DNA of 64,000 nt from a virus (Duplodnaviria > Caudoviricetes), in the IMG/VR virus record IMGVR_UViG_3300028048_000052, positions 64,001 through 128,000 of that record; one strand, given 5' to 3'. Made by a program: the position numbers and the translations under genes. Within the stretch, counting starts at the first letter, position 1. Every line of letters begins with the position of its first letter. The notes under the pieces were generated by a model. It was not told the origin of the DNA. It saw only the letters and a list, made by a program, of their open reading frames with translations, and searched no databases. This document shows, in pieces, positions 1 through 8,708 of the stretch.

Positions 1-314
1 CAGATTTAATTGCAAAGGCTTTTGACGGTAATCCTGTATTATCACAGATCGTTGATACCGGTCCGAACGTAGCTTTCCCTGCAACTTATTTCATTTTTGC
101 TAATAAGGTTGTTCAGTATTACAATGACCAGATGGATAACCCATACGGCGTTAAATCAACATTATATGAAAATATCGCAAGAGATGTTTTAGATGATAGC
201 GGTGTTGGTGTTTACTATACAACTGATGTTCCAATGAAAGACGATGGGGCATTTCGCGAAGATGGCGGTGGCGGCGATAGCTGTGTTTGCGCTAACGACG
301 GTTGGTCTAATTAA
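1..314 (+). CDS. hypothetical phage protein, 5'-partial
   Basis: Frame open from position 3 through the 132..314 ORF to TAA. Confidence 0.6.
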   Translation, partial: DLIAKAFDGNPVLSQIVDTGPNVAFPATYFIFANKVVQYYNDQMDNPYGVKSTLYENIARDVLDDSGVGVYYTTDVPMKDDGAFREDGGGGDSCVCANDGWSN

Positions 315-361
315 ATTAGTTTTTAAAATTAAAAAATAGGGGCAATTTATCGCCCCCATAT

Positions 362-436
362 AGAAGTATAGTTTAAAGGTAAGAACAAATGGCTTATAAC
401 CGTTAGATTCTGGTTCAAGTCCAGATACTTCTACCA
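362..436 (+). tRNA. tRNA-Ile(UAU)
   Basis: Acceptor AGAAGTA/TACTTCT plus A-CCA; anticodon arm AATGG-CTTATAA-CCGTT; T-loop TTCAAGT. Confidence 0.9.
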
Positions 437-440
437 ATAT

Positions 441-515
441 GGTGTTTGTAGTTCAATAGTAGAGCACTAGGTTGTGGCCCTAGAAACTACGGAGCATAAC
501 CGTACTAACACCCCA
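441..515 (+). tRNA. tRNA-His(GUG)
   Basis: Anticodon arm CTAGG-TTGTGGC-CCTAG; G-1:C73 pair; encoded CCA; atypical T-loop AGCATAA. Confidence 0.85.
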
Positions 516-518
516 AAT

Positions 519-811
519 GCTCTTGTGGCGGAATAGGTAGACGCGAGGGACTTTTAAAAAAGAGCACTTAAATAGAAATATTTAATGTGAATGTGGGCTA
601 ATTCGGCGAAAATCTCACGGAGATAACGCCGAGCTAAAAGGATTAATATCCTAAATGTGTAGAGACTATATACCCACCTCCTAAACTAGCAAGGCACGGA
701 GAAGACATAGTCCAGACTACAACGCAATAATGCGGTCATGGCGACATGAAGTAGTAAGAAAATCCCTTGTCCTTATAAGACGTGTGGGTTCAAGTCCCAC
801 CGAGAGCACCA
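519..811 (+). tRNA. tRNA-Leu(UAA) interrupted by a group I intron (exons 519-553 and 759-811)
   Basis: Joined exons give AGGGA-CTT|AAAA-TCCCT, a long variable arm, GGTTCAAGTCC and acceptor GCTCTTG/CGAGAGC-A-CCA. Confidence 0.9.
554..758 (+). ncRNA. group I intron without ORF, in the tRNA-Leu anticodon
   Basis: Exon ends in U with P1 CTT/GAG (U.G pair); P7-type AGAGACTA...CATAGTCC; terminal G at 758. Confidence 0.85.
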
Positions 812-816
812 TAAAT

Positions 817-1162
817 GGGGTCGTAATGGTATCGATTGGTAGTTGAAATCAAAACTCGCAGTGGGGCGGTGACCCTAACCACCAAAATTAAATATAAACG
901 CAAAATTTATTAAAAACATTATCGCGAATATTAAGTCTTTATTCGCCACTCCTACTATGGCATACACTTTTGCCTAGTCCGCAGTATTTGAAAGTGAAAC
1001 TTTATTAAATTAGTTCTGTATAATAAAGTATTTTAAGAACAACCTTATATTTTTCCATTTGGCTTGGATTTTATATTGTATAATAGCCAAGAAACTGTAA
1101 GTATAGAGAGTTGAGAAATTAGGCTAAGCAAGACGCGAGTTCGACTCTCGCCGACTCCACCA
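817..1162 (+). ncRNA. ssrA: tmRNA; predicted tag AKFIKNIIANIKSLFATPTMAYTFA (900-977)
   Basis: 5' GGGGTCG pairs with 3' CGACTCC-A-CCA with G3.U alanine identity; T-arm GCGAG-TTCGACT-CTCGC; ATAAAC-GCA resume context. Confidence 0.9.
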
Positions 1163-1245
1163 AAAAATAAATAAAATCCTCCTATTTGGACATTTCATAA
1201 AAATATTTATTATAATATTTTTATAAAGAATAGGAGGATTTTTTA

Positions 1246-1986
1246 ATGGGATATATATATTTAATTACAAATAAAATTACAAATGAAAAATATGTAGGAC
1301 AAACTAAAAATTCAATTTATGTAAGATTTAGTGAACATATTAAATCTTATAAAAGAATACCAAATAGAAAATTATATAAGAATATGTTACAATATGGTAT
1401 TAATAATTTTGAACCAACTCTATTAGAAGAATGTGATAATTCTTTATTAGATGAAAAAGAAATAGAGTGAATAAAAAAAATAGACACATTTAATAACGGA
1501 TTAAATGAAACGCCGGGTAAAATTAGTTTTAAACAAAAAGAAAATAAAGATGATTCAAAAACAGCAATTCAAAAAAAATATGGGCAAAAAATTTATAGAA
1601 TTGACGCTGAGACAGGAGAAATATTACAAGAATATCCAAGTCAAATGGAGGCGGGAAGATGGCTAAAAGAAAATAAATTAAGTAATATAGCAGATTTAAG
1701 AAAATTATCTTATCATTTATCTATCGCTGCAAAAAATCATTATAAATTAGGTGGATTTTATTGGCAAACTCTTGAAATGCCATTAAGACAACGCGCTAAT
1801 AAAATTGAAGAAATTATTACAAGAGAAGAATTAAAAGATAAAATTAGAGTTCAAAGTTTTGTTAGTATTGGAAAAGAATACGGAGTTAATGCAACGTCAA
1901 TAACTAGATGGTGTGCTAAATATAATTTACCAACTACAAAAAAAGAAATTACATCTTACACAAACGAAGAATGGGAAAAATTATAA
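1246..1986 (+). CDS. GIY-YIG homing endonuclease with NUMOD1-like region (1 TGA=Trp)
   Basis: GYIY...KYVGQT; TGA at 1468 gives EIEWIKKIDTFNNGLN and joins the two track ORFs in frame. Confidence 0.85.
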
Positions 1987-2015
1987 TTTCCCTTCGGCTC
2001 CACCAAGAAAAATTC

Positions 2016-2040
2016 AAACTGGCATATGCCAGTTTTTTTT
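2016..2040 (+). terminator. intrinsic terminator
   Basis: AAACTGGC-ATAT-GCCAGTTT followed by a T run. Confidence 0.6.
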
Positions 2041-2071
2041 ATTATAATATAATAAAAGGAGAACTTTTAGA

Positions 2072-3793
2072 ATGAAAATTAGAATTAATACTTCAGTTTT
2101 ACGCATTCGTGCTGATCATTCTACAACAAGTGCTTCACTTGGATTTGCAAAACAAGGAACCCATGAGGTATTAGAAACCTATAATGGCTCTTCTTATAAA
2201 TGATATAAAATTAAAGAAGGTTGGGTTGCTGGTATCGATGAAGTAAAAGAGGTAGAAGAAAGCGCTATTGTCCCTGTAAAAGAGGATAAATCAAAAGATC
2301 AAATTTATATTGGTACAGATAGTTTGCGCATTCGTACCAAACCATCCACTTCTGGCGAAACGGTTGGATATTGCGAAATGGATGTTTTCTATAACGTCTA
2401 TGACACTAAAAAAGACGTTTATTATACTTGGTATAAAATTGGCGAGGACGCTTGATGCGCTGGCGTTAACGGAGTTAAATATCACCCCGCGAATGAATGG
2501 GTCAGTCCAACCCCAGTAGAAGCAGATAACTCTAAAAATCAAGTCTATATCGGCAATATTTCTTTGAAAATCCGGGCTTCATATAGCACAAGTAGCGCGC
2601 AAATGGGTCTTTGTGAAAAAGATTCTAATTATAACGTACTTGCGGTTAGAAAAGAAAGTGATTATACTTGGTATCAAATTGGTGAGAAGGCTTGGATCGC
2701 ACAAATTGACGATGGAGTTATTTATTATCCGGCCGGCTCATCAAGGATTGCCCCACAATTAAAAGCTGAATTAAATTTATTAAAGTTAAATATAGATACA
2801 GCTCTCAAATGTGTAGAAAAAAATAGAAATACGGAGCTATATGAAGTTTTATATAATAAAACTTTAGAAATTAATAAATATATCAATGATTATTTTGACC
2901 CATTTGAGTATGACTATGTTGATGAAAAAGAATATGATGAGATTGACTTACTTTACACCACCGACGTTCATGGCGCTTGGGCTGGTTATTCACTTGATGG
3001 TAACTATATGACCCCAATTTTCAGTTACCAAGACGTTGCAAATTACCAAAAGAAATTAGAAAAGAATAACATTAAAGCTCTTTTGGTTGATGCCGGTGAC
3101 TGGTCACGTCCTTCAAAGGCATATAATGATTATCTTAATACAGGCATCATGTATCCAGCAGAAGAAATGAAAAAAGCCAAATATTTTATGACAACATATG
3201 GAAATCATGAATGGCGTTGGTCTCAATATGGTCAGGCTGACACTCAATCAATTTTAAATAAACTCGGTTGTATGTGCGCTTGTAACTTATTTAAAAATGG
3301 CAAATTACTTTACGCTCCATATAAAACGGCTAAGATTGGCTCAAAGAGAATTGCGGTTATTGGTATAGGGTATCCATCAGCCAATGGCGCAGGAAGTTAT
3401 AGCGATGGTATTTGGACTTTTGGTGAATATCAATTCTATGATGACACAAGATTATTTAATCAAGTCCAGAAGTGTATCAATACATTAAAAGATAATGATT
3501 TTGATTATATCGTTGCGGTTTGTCATATGTGTAAATCAACATATGAGAGCGATAGTAGATATAAAGCAAGAACTGATAGTTTAATTCAAAATACAAATGG
3601 ATTAACTGCGGTTATTCAAGGTCATTATAACTTCGCGACAAACGCAGAAGTTATTAAAGACAAGGGCGGTAATAGAGTCTTATTAGCCCATGAAGCCGGT
3701 GCTAACTTAAATAGCTTCGGTAGATTAAAGATGAAAGACGGAAACATTACCTCTTATCTCTTGGATGAGAGAAGTGATTTAAACGTAATTTAG
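2072..3793 (+). CDS. triple SH3-like domain fused to a calcineurin-like metallophosphoesterase (5'-nucleotidase/CpdB N-terminal type); TGA=Trp
   Basis: AAGGAG RBS and ATG 2072; three LRIR...Y[KT]WY[KQ]I...W repeats; DVHG, DAGD, GNHE and GH motifs. Confidence 0.8.
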
Positions 3794-3802
3794 GAGGAAC
3801 TT

Positions 3803-4030
3803 ATGGACGAAAAATGTGTTATTTGCGGTAAGCCAGCAAAATATGTTTCTACAAAATTTATTTCCCCATTATGCGAAGATTGCGCTAAAGAACAAGCAAT
3901 TAAGCTTGGGGTAGAAAGAGGTATGAAACCGGAATTTATTGAGGTTGAAGATTATTATACTCAACCTTGTGAAGAAATGAATAATATCAAAAAAATAGTG
4001 GTATTAAGTCAAGATAAAACAGTAGGATAG
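3803..4030 (+). CDS. small CxxC...CxxC protein
   Basis: AGGAGG RBS; CVIC and CEDC. Confidence 0.65.
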   Translation: MDEKCVICGKPAKYVSTKFISPLCEDCAKEQAIKLGVERGMKPEFIEVEDYYTQPCEEMNNIKKIVVLSQDKTVG

Positions 4031-4054
4031 GGGGGTTGCTAAGGCAACCCCTTA

Positions 4055-4083
4055 TTGACAAAATTTTTATTTTATGTTATAAT
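4055..4083 (+). promoter_or_regulatory. consensus sigmaA-type promoter for tRNA-Trp
   Basis: TTGACA-N17-TATAAT with extended TG, just after the hairpin at 4031-4053. Confidence 0.8.
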
Positions 4084-4093
4084 ATAAATGTAT

Positions 4094-4168
4094 ATCGGCG
4101 TGGTGCAATTGGTAGCATACGCGACTCCAACTCGCTTGATCAGGGTTCGAATCCTTGCGCCGGTGCCA
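4094..4168 (+). tRNA. tRNA-Trp(CCA) with 4-bp anticodon stem (C27/U43 mismatch)
   Basis: Acceptor ATCGGCG/CGCCGGT, G73, CCA; anticodon arm CGCGA-CTCCAAC-TCGCT; T-loop TTCGAAT. Confidence 0.92.
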
Positions 4169-4234
4169 TTTAAGTATTTTTTTATAATCTTTATATTACA
4201 AAATATAACTAAATAGTAAAGGAGGTAAGAGATA

Positions 4235-4453
4235 ATGGTAGTTTACATATTAACATTTATCGGAACCCTGCTTATTTTGCATGGCTTTCTCAATTGGCAA
4301 CTTTTTTTTATAAGCATAGGATTTGTTTGGAATTTTACCGTTTTAATTATGGCAGATAAATTAAATCTTTATGAAAAATCTATTTCTGGTTTAAAAAATA
4401 ATTTTAAGATTTGAAATAAAGAAAAAAAAGATGACGATAACATTCGTTACTAA
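4235..4453 (+). CDS. small membrane protein (1 TGA=Trp)
   Basis: GGAGG RBS; two hydrophobic stretches; absent from the track. Confidence 0.55.
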
Positions 4454-4691
4454 AGATCAAAATAAACCAGAAAGGTGGAAAAGATTAAATTTAGGAGAAA
4501 AAGAAAAAAATCCTTTTAAAGATATAGTTAAAGAAGGAGAACAGATTCCAATTGACGATTTGCTTAATTTCATAATTTTTCCATATTGTGAAAGAGGCGG
4601 AAATTTAAGAGAAATACAAAAATTTTGCTTATATGCAACCATAGATAAATATACTGACATAAGATATTATTTAGATCACGGGCAGAACTAA
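4431..4691 (+). CDS. hypothetical protein
   Basis: Track ORF overlapping the previous stop. Confidence 0.55.
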   Translation: MTITFVTKDQNKPERWKRLNLGEKEKNPFKDIVKEGEQIPIDDLLNFIIFPYCERGGNLREIQKFCLYATIDKYTDIRYYLDHGQN

Positions 4692-4752
4692 TTAAAAAAG
4701 TTCTGCTTTTTTCTTTTATATAAGAGAATAACAAAACGAAAGGAGATTCAAT

Positions 4753-5061
4753 ATGGCAGAATCAAAACAAAAAGCATTTTTATATAGCCACAATGGAAAA
4801 TTGGGTTATGGTATTAAAAAATATATTGTTGATGACGCATCTGGTATTGAAGAACTCCCAACAGATGGTAGTGTTAGTGTAGGTAGTTCTTGCTTAGTGA
4901 TCGCAACTGGCGATTTATATATAATGAATAGCGAGCATAAATGGATTAAATCTAGCAGGTCATCTGGTGGCGGAAGTGATGGCGGACAAAGCGCAGAAGA
5001 ACCAGAAGCATTATCTGCGGATGATATTCAATCAATCTTTAATGAGGTTTTGGGAGAATAA
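4753..5061 (+). CDS. putative virion protein
   Basis: AAGGAG RBS; first gene of the fibre-like cluster. Confidence 0.7.
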   Translation: MAESKQKAFLYSHNGKLGYGIKKYIVDDASGIEELPTDGSVSVGSSCLVIATGDLYIMNSEHKWIKSSRSSGGGSDGGQSAEEPEALSADDIQSIFNEVLGE

Positions 5062-5063
5062 CT

Positions 5064-6218
5064 ATGGCAGAAAAATTTTTAGATAGAGAAGGCGTAAAAA
5101 CCCTTTTGCAAGGTATCAACGATGCCTTTGCACTAAAAACCGATGTAAAAAATTATGATTCAGATATTACAAATTTAAATGAGCGTTTTAGTGATATAGA
5201 AGTAACTTCTAATAGTCAAGCTCAAGATATTGCAAATTTAGATGGACGTGTATTGTCTGTAGCAGAAATTAAAGAATTAATTAAAAAAACATATGATGAA
5301 TTAGCTTTTGGTAAATATATTGTTGCTGATAAAGCAAGTGTATTAAATGCTTTAAGCCAAATTGAAGAGTCCGGTTCTTTAGTTTTAGAAGAAAATCTTG
5401 ATATGGGTAATCAGGTTATGAGTATCCCAGAAGGCAAGAGTATTGTACTTGATTTGGGCGGAAAAGAATTAAATTTAAATTCAAGTGGTAATGTTGGTTT
5501 AATTCAGGTTTCTGGCAATTTAACCGTTGAGAATGGTGAAATTAATGCAACCAAGAGAGCAATCTCTGTTTATTCTGGCGGTTCTGTTACCATTGGCGAA
5601 GGGGCAAAAATCGTTGCAGGTGATTGCGCAATCACTGCTAATGGCGCCGGTTCTGAAATCATTATGGAAAACGGCGAAGTAACAGCACAAGAAGCTGGAT
5701 TATTAGTTACTACTGGGGCAAAAGCAACTGTTAATGGCGGTAAAATTACCGGTTTAGACAATAGCCCAATCATGGGGAATGGCTCAAAAGGTCAAGGTGA
5801 CGTAGAAATAGTGATGAATGGCGGTGAGTTAATTGCCAATATCCAGAGTGCTGGTTATGTCGCTTGTGGTGTCTATATGCCGAACAGTGGTTCATTTACA
5901 ATGAACGGTGGTTCTATCGTTGCTAACGGCGGAGCCGGTGTAGTCGCTCGTGGTGGCGTTACTACAATTAATGGCGGTTCAATTATTACAACCGCTCACC
6001 CAACTCTTGAAACAGGTAAAGTTGGAGATAGTCGTGTCGTAGTGCCTTGCTCTGCGATCGTTTATGATAAAAATAGTAAATATCCTGCGATGGATAGTTT
6101 ACAAGTTATTATCGGTGCTAATGCACAATTACAGGGTGCTTATGAGGATATCTCGATTATTAGTGATGAAGAAAATCCAAATATAATTGATAACAGAGAA
6201 GCATTGCCTGAAGAATAG
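5064..6218 (+). CDS. putative virion fibre/decoration protein with beta-helix-like repeats
   Basis: Repeated MNGG/INGG strands; C-terminal about 300 aa paralogous to 6632..7963. Confidence 0.7.
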   Translation: MAEKFLDREGVKTLLQGINDAFALKTDVKNYDSDITNLNERFSDIEVTSNSQAQDIANLDGRVLSVAEIKELIKKTYDELAFGKYIVADKASVLNALSQIEESGSLVLEENLDMGNQVMSIPEGKSIVLDLGGKELNLNSSGNVGLIQVSGNLTVENGEINATKRAISVYSGGSVTIGEGAKIVAGDCAITANGAGSEIIMENGEVTAQEAGLLVTTGAKATVNGGKITGLDNSPIMGNGSKGQGDVEIVMNGGELIANIQSAGYVACGVYMPNSGSFTMNGGSIVANGGAGVVARGGVTTINGGSIITTAHPTLETGKVGDSRVVVPCSAIVYDKNSKYPAMDSLQVIIGANAQLQGAYEDISIISDEENPNIIDNREALPEE

Positions 6219-6253
6219 TTTTATATAAAGAAAGGAGATGCTGGCGGTTATTT

Positions 6254-6625
6254 ATGGCAAAAAAAGTAAAAGTTATAAAAACAACTTTTTTATTGCGCAG
6301 AGGTACAACAGAAGCTTGAAATAGAGTAAACCCTGTATTAAAATATGGAGAACCCGGTTTTGAAAAAGACACCAATAAGTTAAAAATTGGCGATGGCGTA
6401 AAAGACTGGAAAACTCTTCCGTATTATAACGGATCTTTTGATATTTCTGTTGATGGTAAAAGCGTTGTTTTTACAAACAATAGTTTAGAATTATATGGAT
6501 ATGCTAATGCTAGCGTTGGACAAATCCCAAGAAAAAGCAGTGAAGGCTTGGAATGGAAAGACGCTCCGACCGCAATTCCTTTAGAAGATTTACAAGAAAT
6601 TTTTGATGATCAAGGAGGAGAATAG
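6254..6625 (+). CDS. Mtd/hyaluronidase N-terminal-like domain protein (1 TGA=Trp)
   Basis: RRGTTEAWNRVNPVLKYGEPGFEKDTNKLKIGDGVKDWKTLPY; TGA at 6317 is the conserved W; absent from the track. Confidence 0.85.
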
Positions 6626-6631
6626 AATTTT

Positions 6632-7963
6632 ATGGCTAATACTGAAAAGTTTTTAGACAAAAAAGGTGTTAAGGCTCTTTGGGAACAAATTCATAATACA
6701 TTTACGCATCAAGCGGATTATGAATTAGATAAAGCTGGCATGGAAGCTAATATTGAATCAATTCAAGCCGATATCCAAGCTTTACAAGAAGCTGGTATTG
6801 ATGCTGATACGATGGCAAGAATCATTGCCCTTGAAGAAAACGCGGCCGGAGAAGAAGATCGTATTAGTGAAGCCGTTCAAGCAGTTCTTGACGGTGCGCC
6901 AGAAGCCTATGATACTTTAAAAGAAGTTGCTGATTATATCGCAGCCGATGATGGTCGTGCTACTGATATGATTGATCGTATTACTAATTTAGAAAACGCA
7001 GAAATTCCTGCTTTAACTCCAGAAGAAGTTAAGGAAATCTGCGATAGAACTTATGACGAATTACACTTGCACAAATTTGTGGCGGCTGATAAAGAAGATG
7101 TTTTAAGAGCATTAAATAATATTGAAAATTCTGGTTCAATTGTTTTAGAAGATGATGTTGATTTAGAATCGCAAATTATCTCAATTCCAGAAGGCAAATC
7201 AATTTCTATTGACCTTGGTGGCAAGCAATTAAATATGGCTTCTGTTGGTAGCTACGCCGGTATGCAAATTATGGGCGATGTTTCTATTGAAAATGGTACA
7301 ATTAATGCTACAAAGAGAGCTCTTGCTGTATTTAATGGTGGCTCTTTAACTATTGGTGAAGGTGCTGATGTTATTTCTGGCGATGTCGCTGTTAGCGCGA
7401 ATGGCGCTGGCTCTGAGGTTGTTATGGATGGCGGTTCTATTACAGCTCAAGAGAGTGGTGTTTTAGTAACAACAGGTGCTAAGCTTGAAATGAACAGTGG
7501 CGTTATCACTGGTTTAGATAATGGTCCAATTATGGGTAACGGCACGAAAGGACAGGGAGATGTTGAAATTGTTATGAATGGTGGCGAATTAGTTGCTAAC
7601 ATTCAGTCCGCAGGTTATGTTGCTGTTGGCGTTTATATGCCAAATAGTGGCACATTCACTATGAACGGTGGTAAAATTACTGCTAATGGTGGTGCTGGTA
7701 TTGTTTGCCGTGGTGGTAAAACAATTATCAATGGTGGCGAGATCGTTGCTACTGCTCATCCAACACTTGAAGTTGGTAAGGTTGGCGACAGCCGTGTAGT
7801 TGTTCCTTGTTCTGCAATTGTTTATGATAAGAACAGTAAGTACCCAGCAATGGATACTCTTGAAGTTGTTATTGGCGCAGAAGCTGTTTTACAGGGCGCT
7901 CATGAAGATGTTACTGTTATTAGCGACGAAGAAAATCCAAGAATAGTTGATAATAGAGAATAA
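6632..7963 (+). CDS. putative virion fibre/decoration protein, paralog of 5064..6218
   Basis: GAPEAYDTLKEVADYI fibre motif plus the beta-helix-like C-terminus. Confidence 0.75.
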   Translation: MANTEKFLDKKGVKALWEQIHNTFTHQADYELDKAGMEANIESIQADIQALQEAGIDADTMARIIALEENAAGEEDRISEAVQAVLDGAPEAYDTLKEVADYIAADDGRATDMIDRITNLENAEIPALTPEEVKEICDRTYDELHLHKFVAADKEDVLRALNNIENSGSIVLEDDVDLESQIISIPEGKSISIDLGGKQLNMASVGSYAGMQIMGDVSIENGTINATKRALAVFNGGSLTIGEGADVISGDVAVSANGAGSEVVMDGGSITAQESGVLVTTGAKLEMNSGVITGLDNGPIMGNGTKGQGDVEIVMNGGELVANIQSAGYVAVGVYMPNSGTFTMNGGKITANGGAGIVCRGGKTIINGGEIVATAHPTLEVGKVGDSRVVVPCSAIVYDKNSKYPAMDTLEVVIGAEAVLQGAHEDVTVISDEENPRIVDNRE

Positions 7964-7980
7964 TAGCGAGGTAATAGGTT

Positions 7981-8184
7981 ATGGCTACAAGTAGAATTCA
8001 AAAATTTTTAGACCAAACTGGCGTATCTACTCTGTGAGCCAGAATACTTAAAGAGTTAGATAAAAAAGTTTCTAAAAATGATTTTAATCTATTACAAAAT
8101 CGTGTTACAGACATTGAAGACGGAGTCATTCTTTACGGTGGCTCCGCTACCGATGTTATTGAGGAGGAGATAAATAATGGCTAA
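7981..8184 (+). CDS. small virion protein (1 TGA=Trp)
   Basis: KFLDQTGVSTL(TGA) aligns with KFLDKKGVKALW of 6632; GAGG RBS. Confidence 0.75.
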
Positions 8185-8695
8185 ACTTATTGAAAGTATT
8201 ATTCGCCTCCGCAGAGATAATGATTATAATTATGAAAAAATTAAAGATGTTTTTATTCCGGCAAATGGTGAAGTGGTTTTAGTTGACACTCCAAAAGACG
8301 GTTTAAGAGCAAAAGTGGGTAATGGAATTAGCACCTATGCTGAATTACATTATACTGATGAAGATATCCGCAATACTGTTCAACAAGGTTATTATGATAA
8401 CGGTATTTTTTATAGAGATGAAACAAAACAAACTGTTTCTGTTGGTATGATTAATAAAATTTATATTGATAAGCCAACCCGTAAAATTTATTACTTTAAT
8501 GGAGAAGAATACTTACCAGCAGATGCTGAATTATCTGTAGCAAACGCTGAAATGCCCGGAATAATGAAACTTTATAATACAACCGGACAAAATATTGACG
8601 GTACAATGACCCAAAAAAGTATTACCGATGAATTAAACTTACGAACAAAAATGGATATTGATGCCCAAGAAGAATTAATAATTTTTAGTTTATAG
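8177..8695 (+). CDS. Mtd-N-like fibre-associated protein
   Basis: LRRD...IPANGE...KVGNG; GQNIDGTMTQKSIT. Confidence 0.7.
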   Translation: MAKLIESIIRLRRDNDYNYEKIKDVFIPANGEVVLVDTPKDGLRAKVGNGISTYAELHYTDEDIRNTVQQGYYDNGIFYRDETKQTVSVGMINKIYIDKPTRKIYYFNGEEYLPADAELSVANAEMPGIMKLYNTTGQNIDGTMTQKSITDELNLRTKMDIDAQEELIIFSL

Positions 8696-8708
8696 GAGGA
8701 AATAAATA

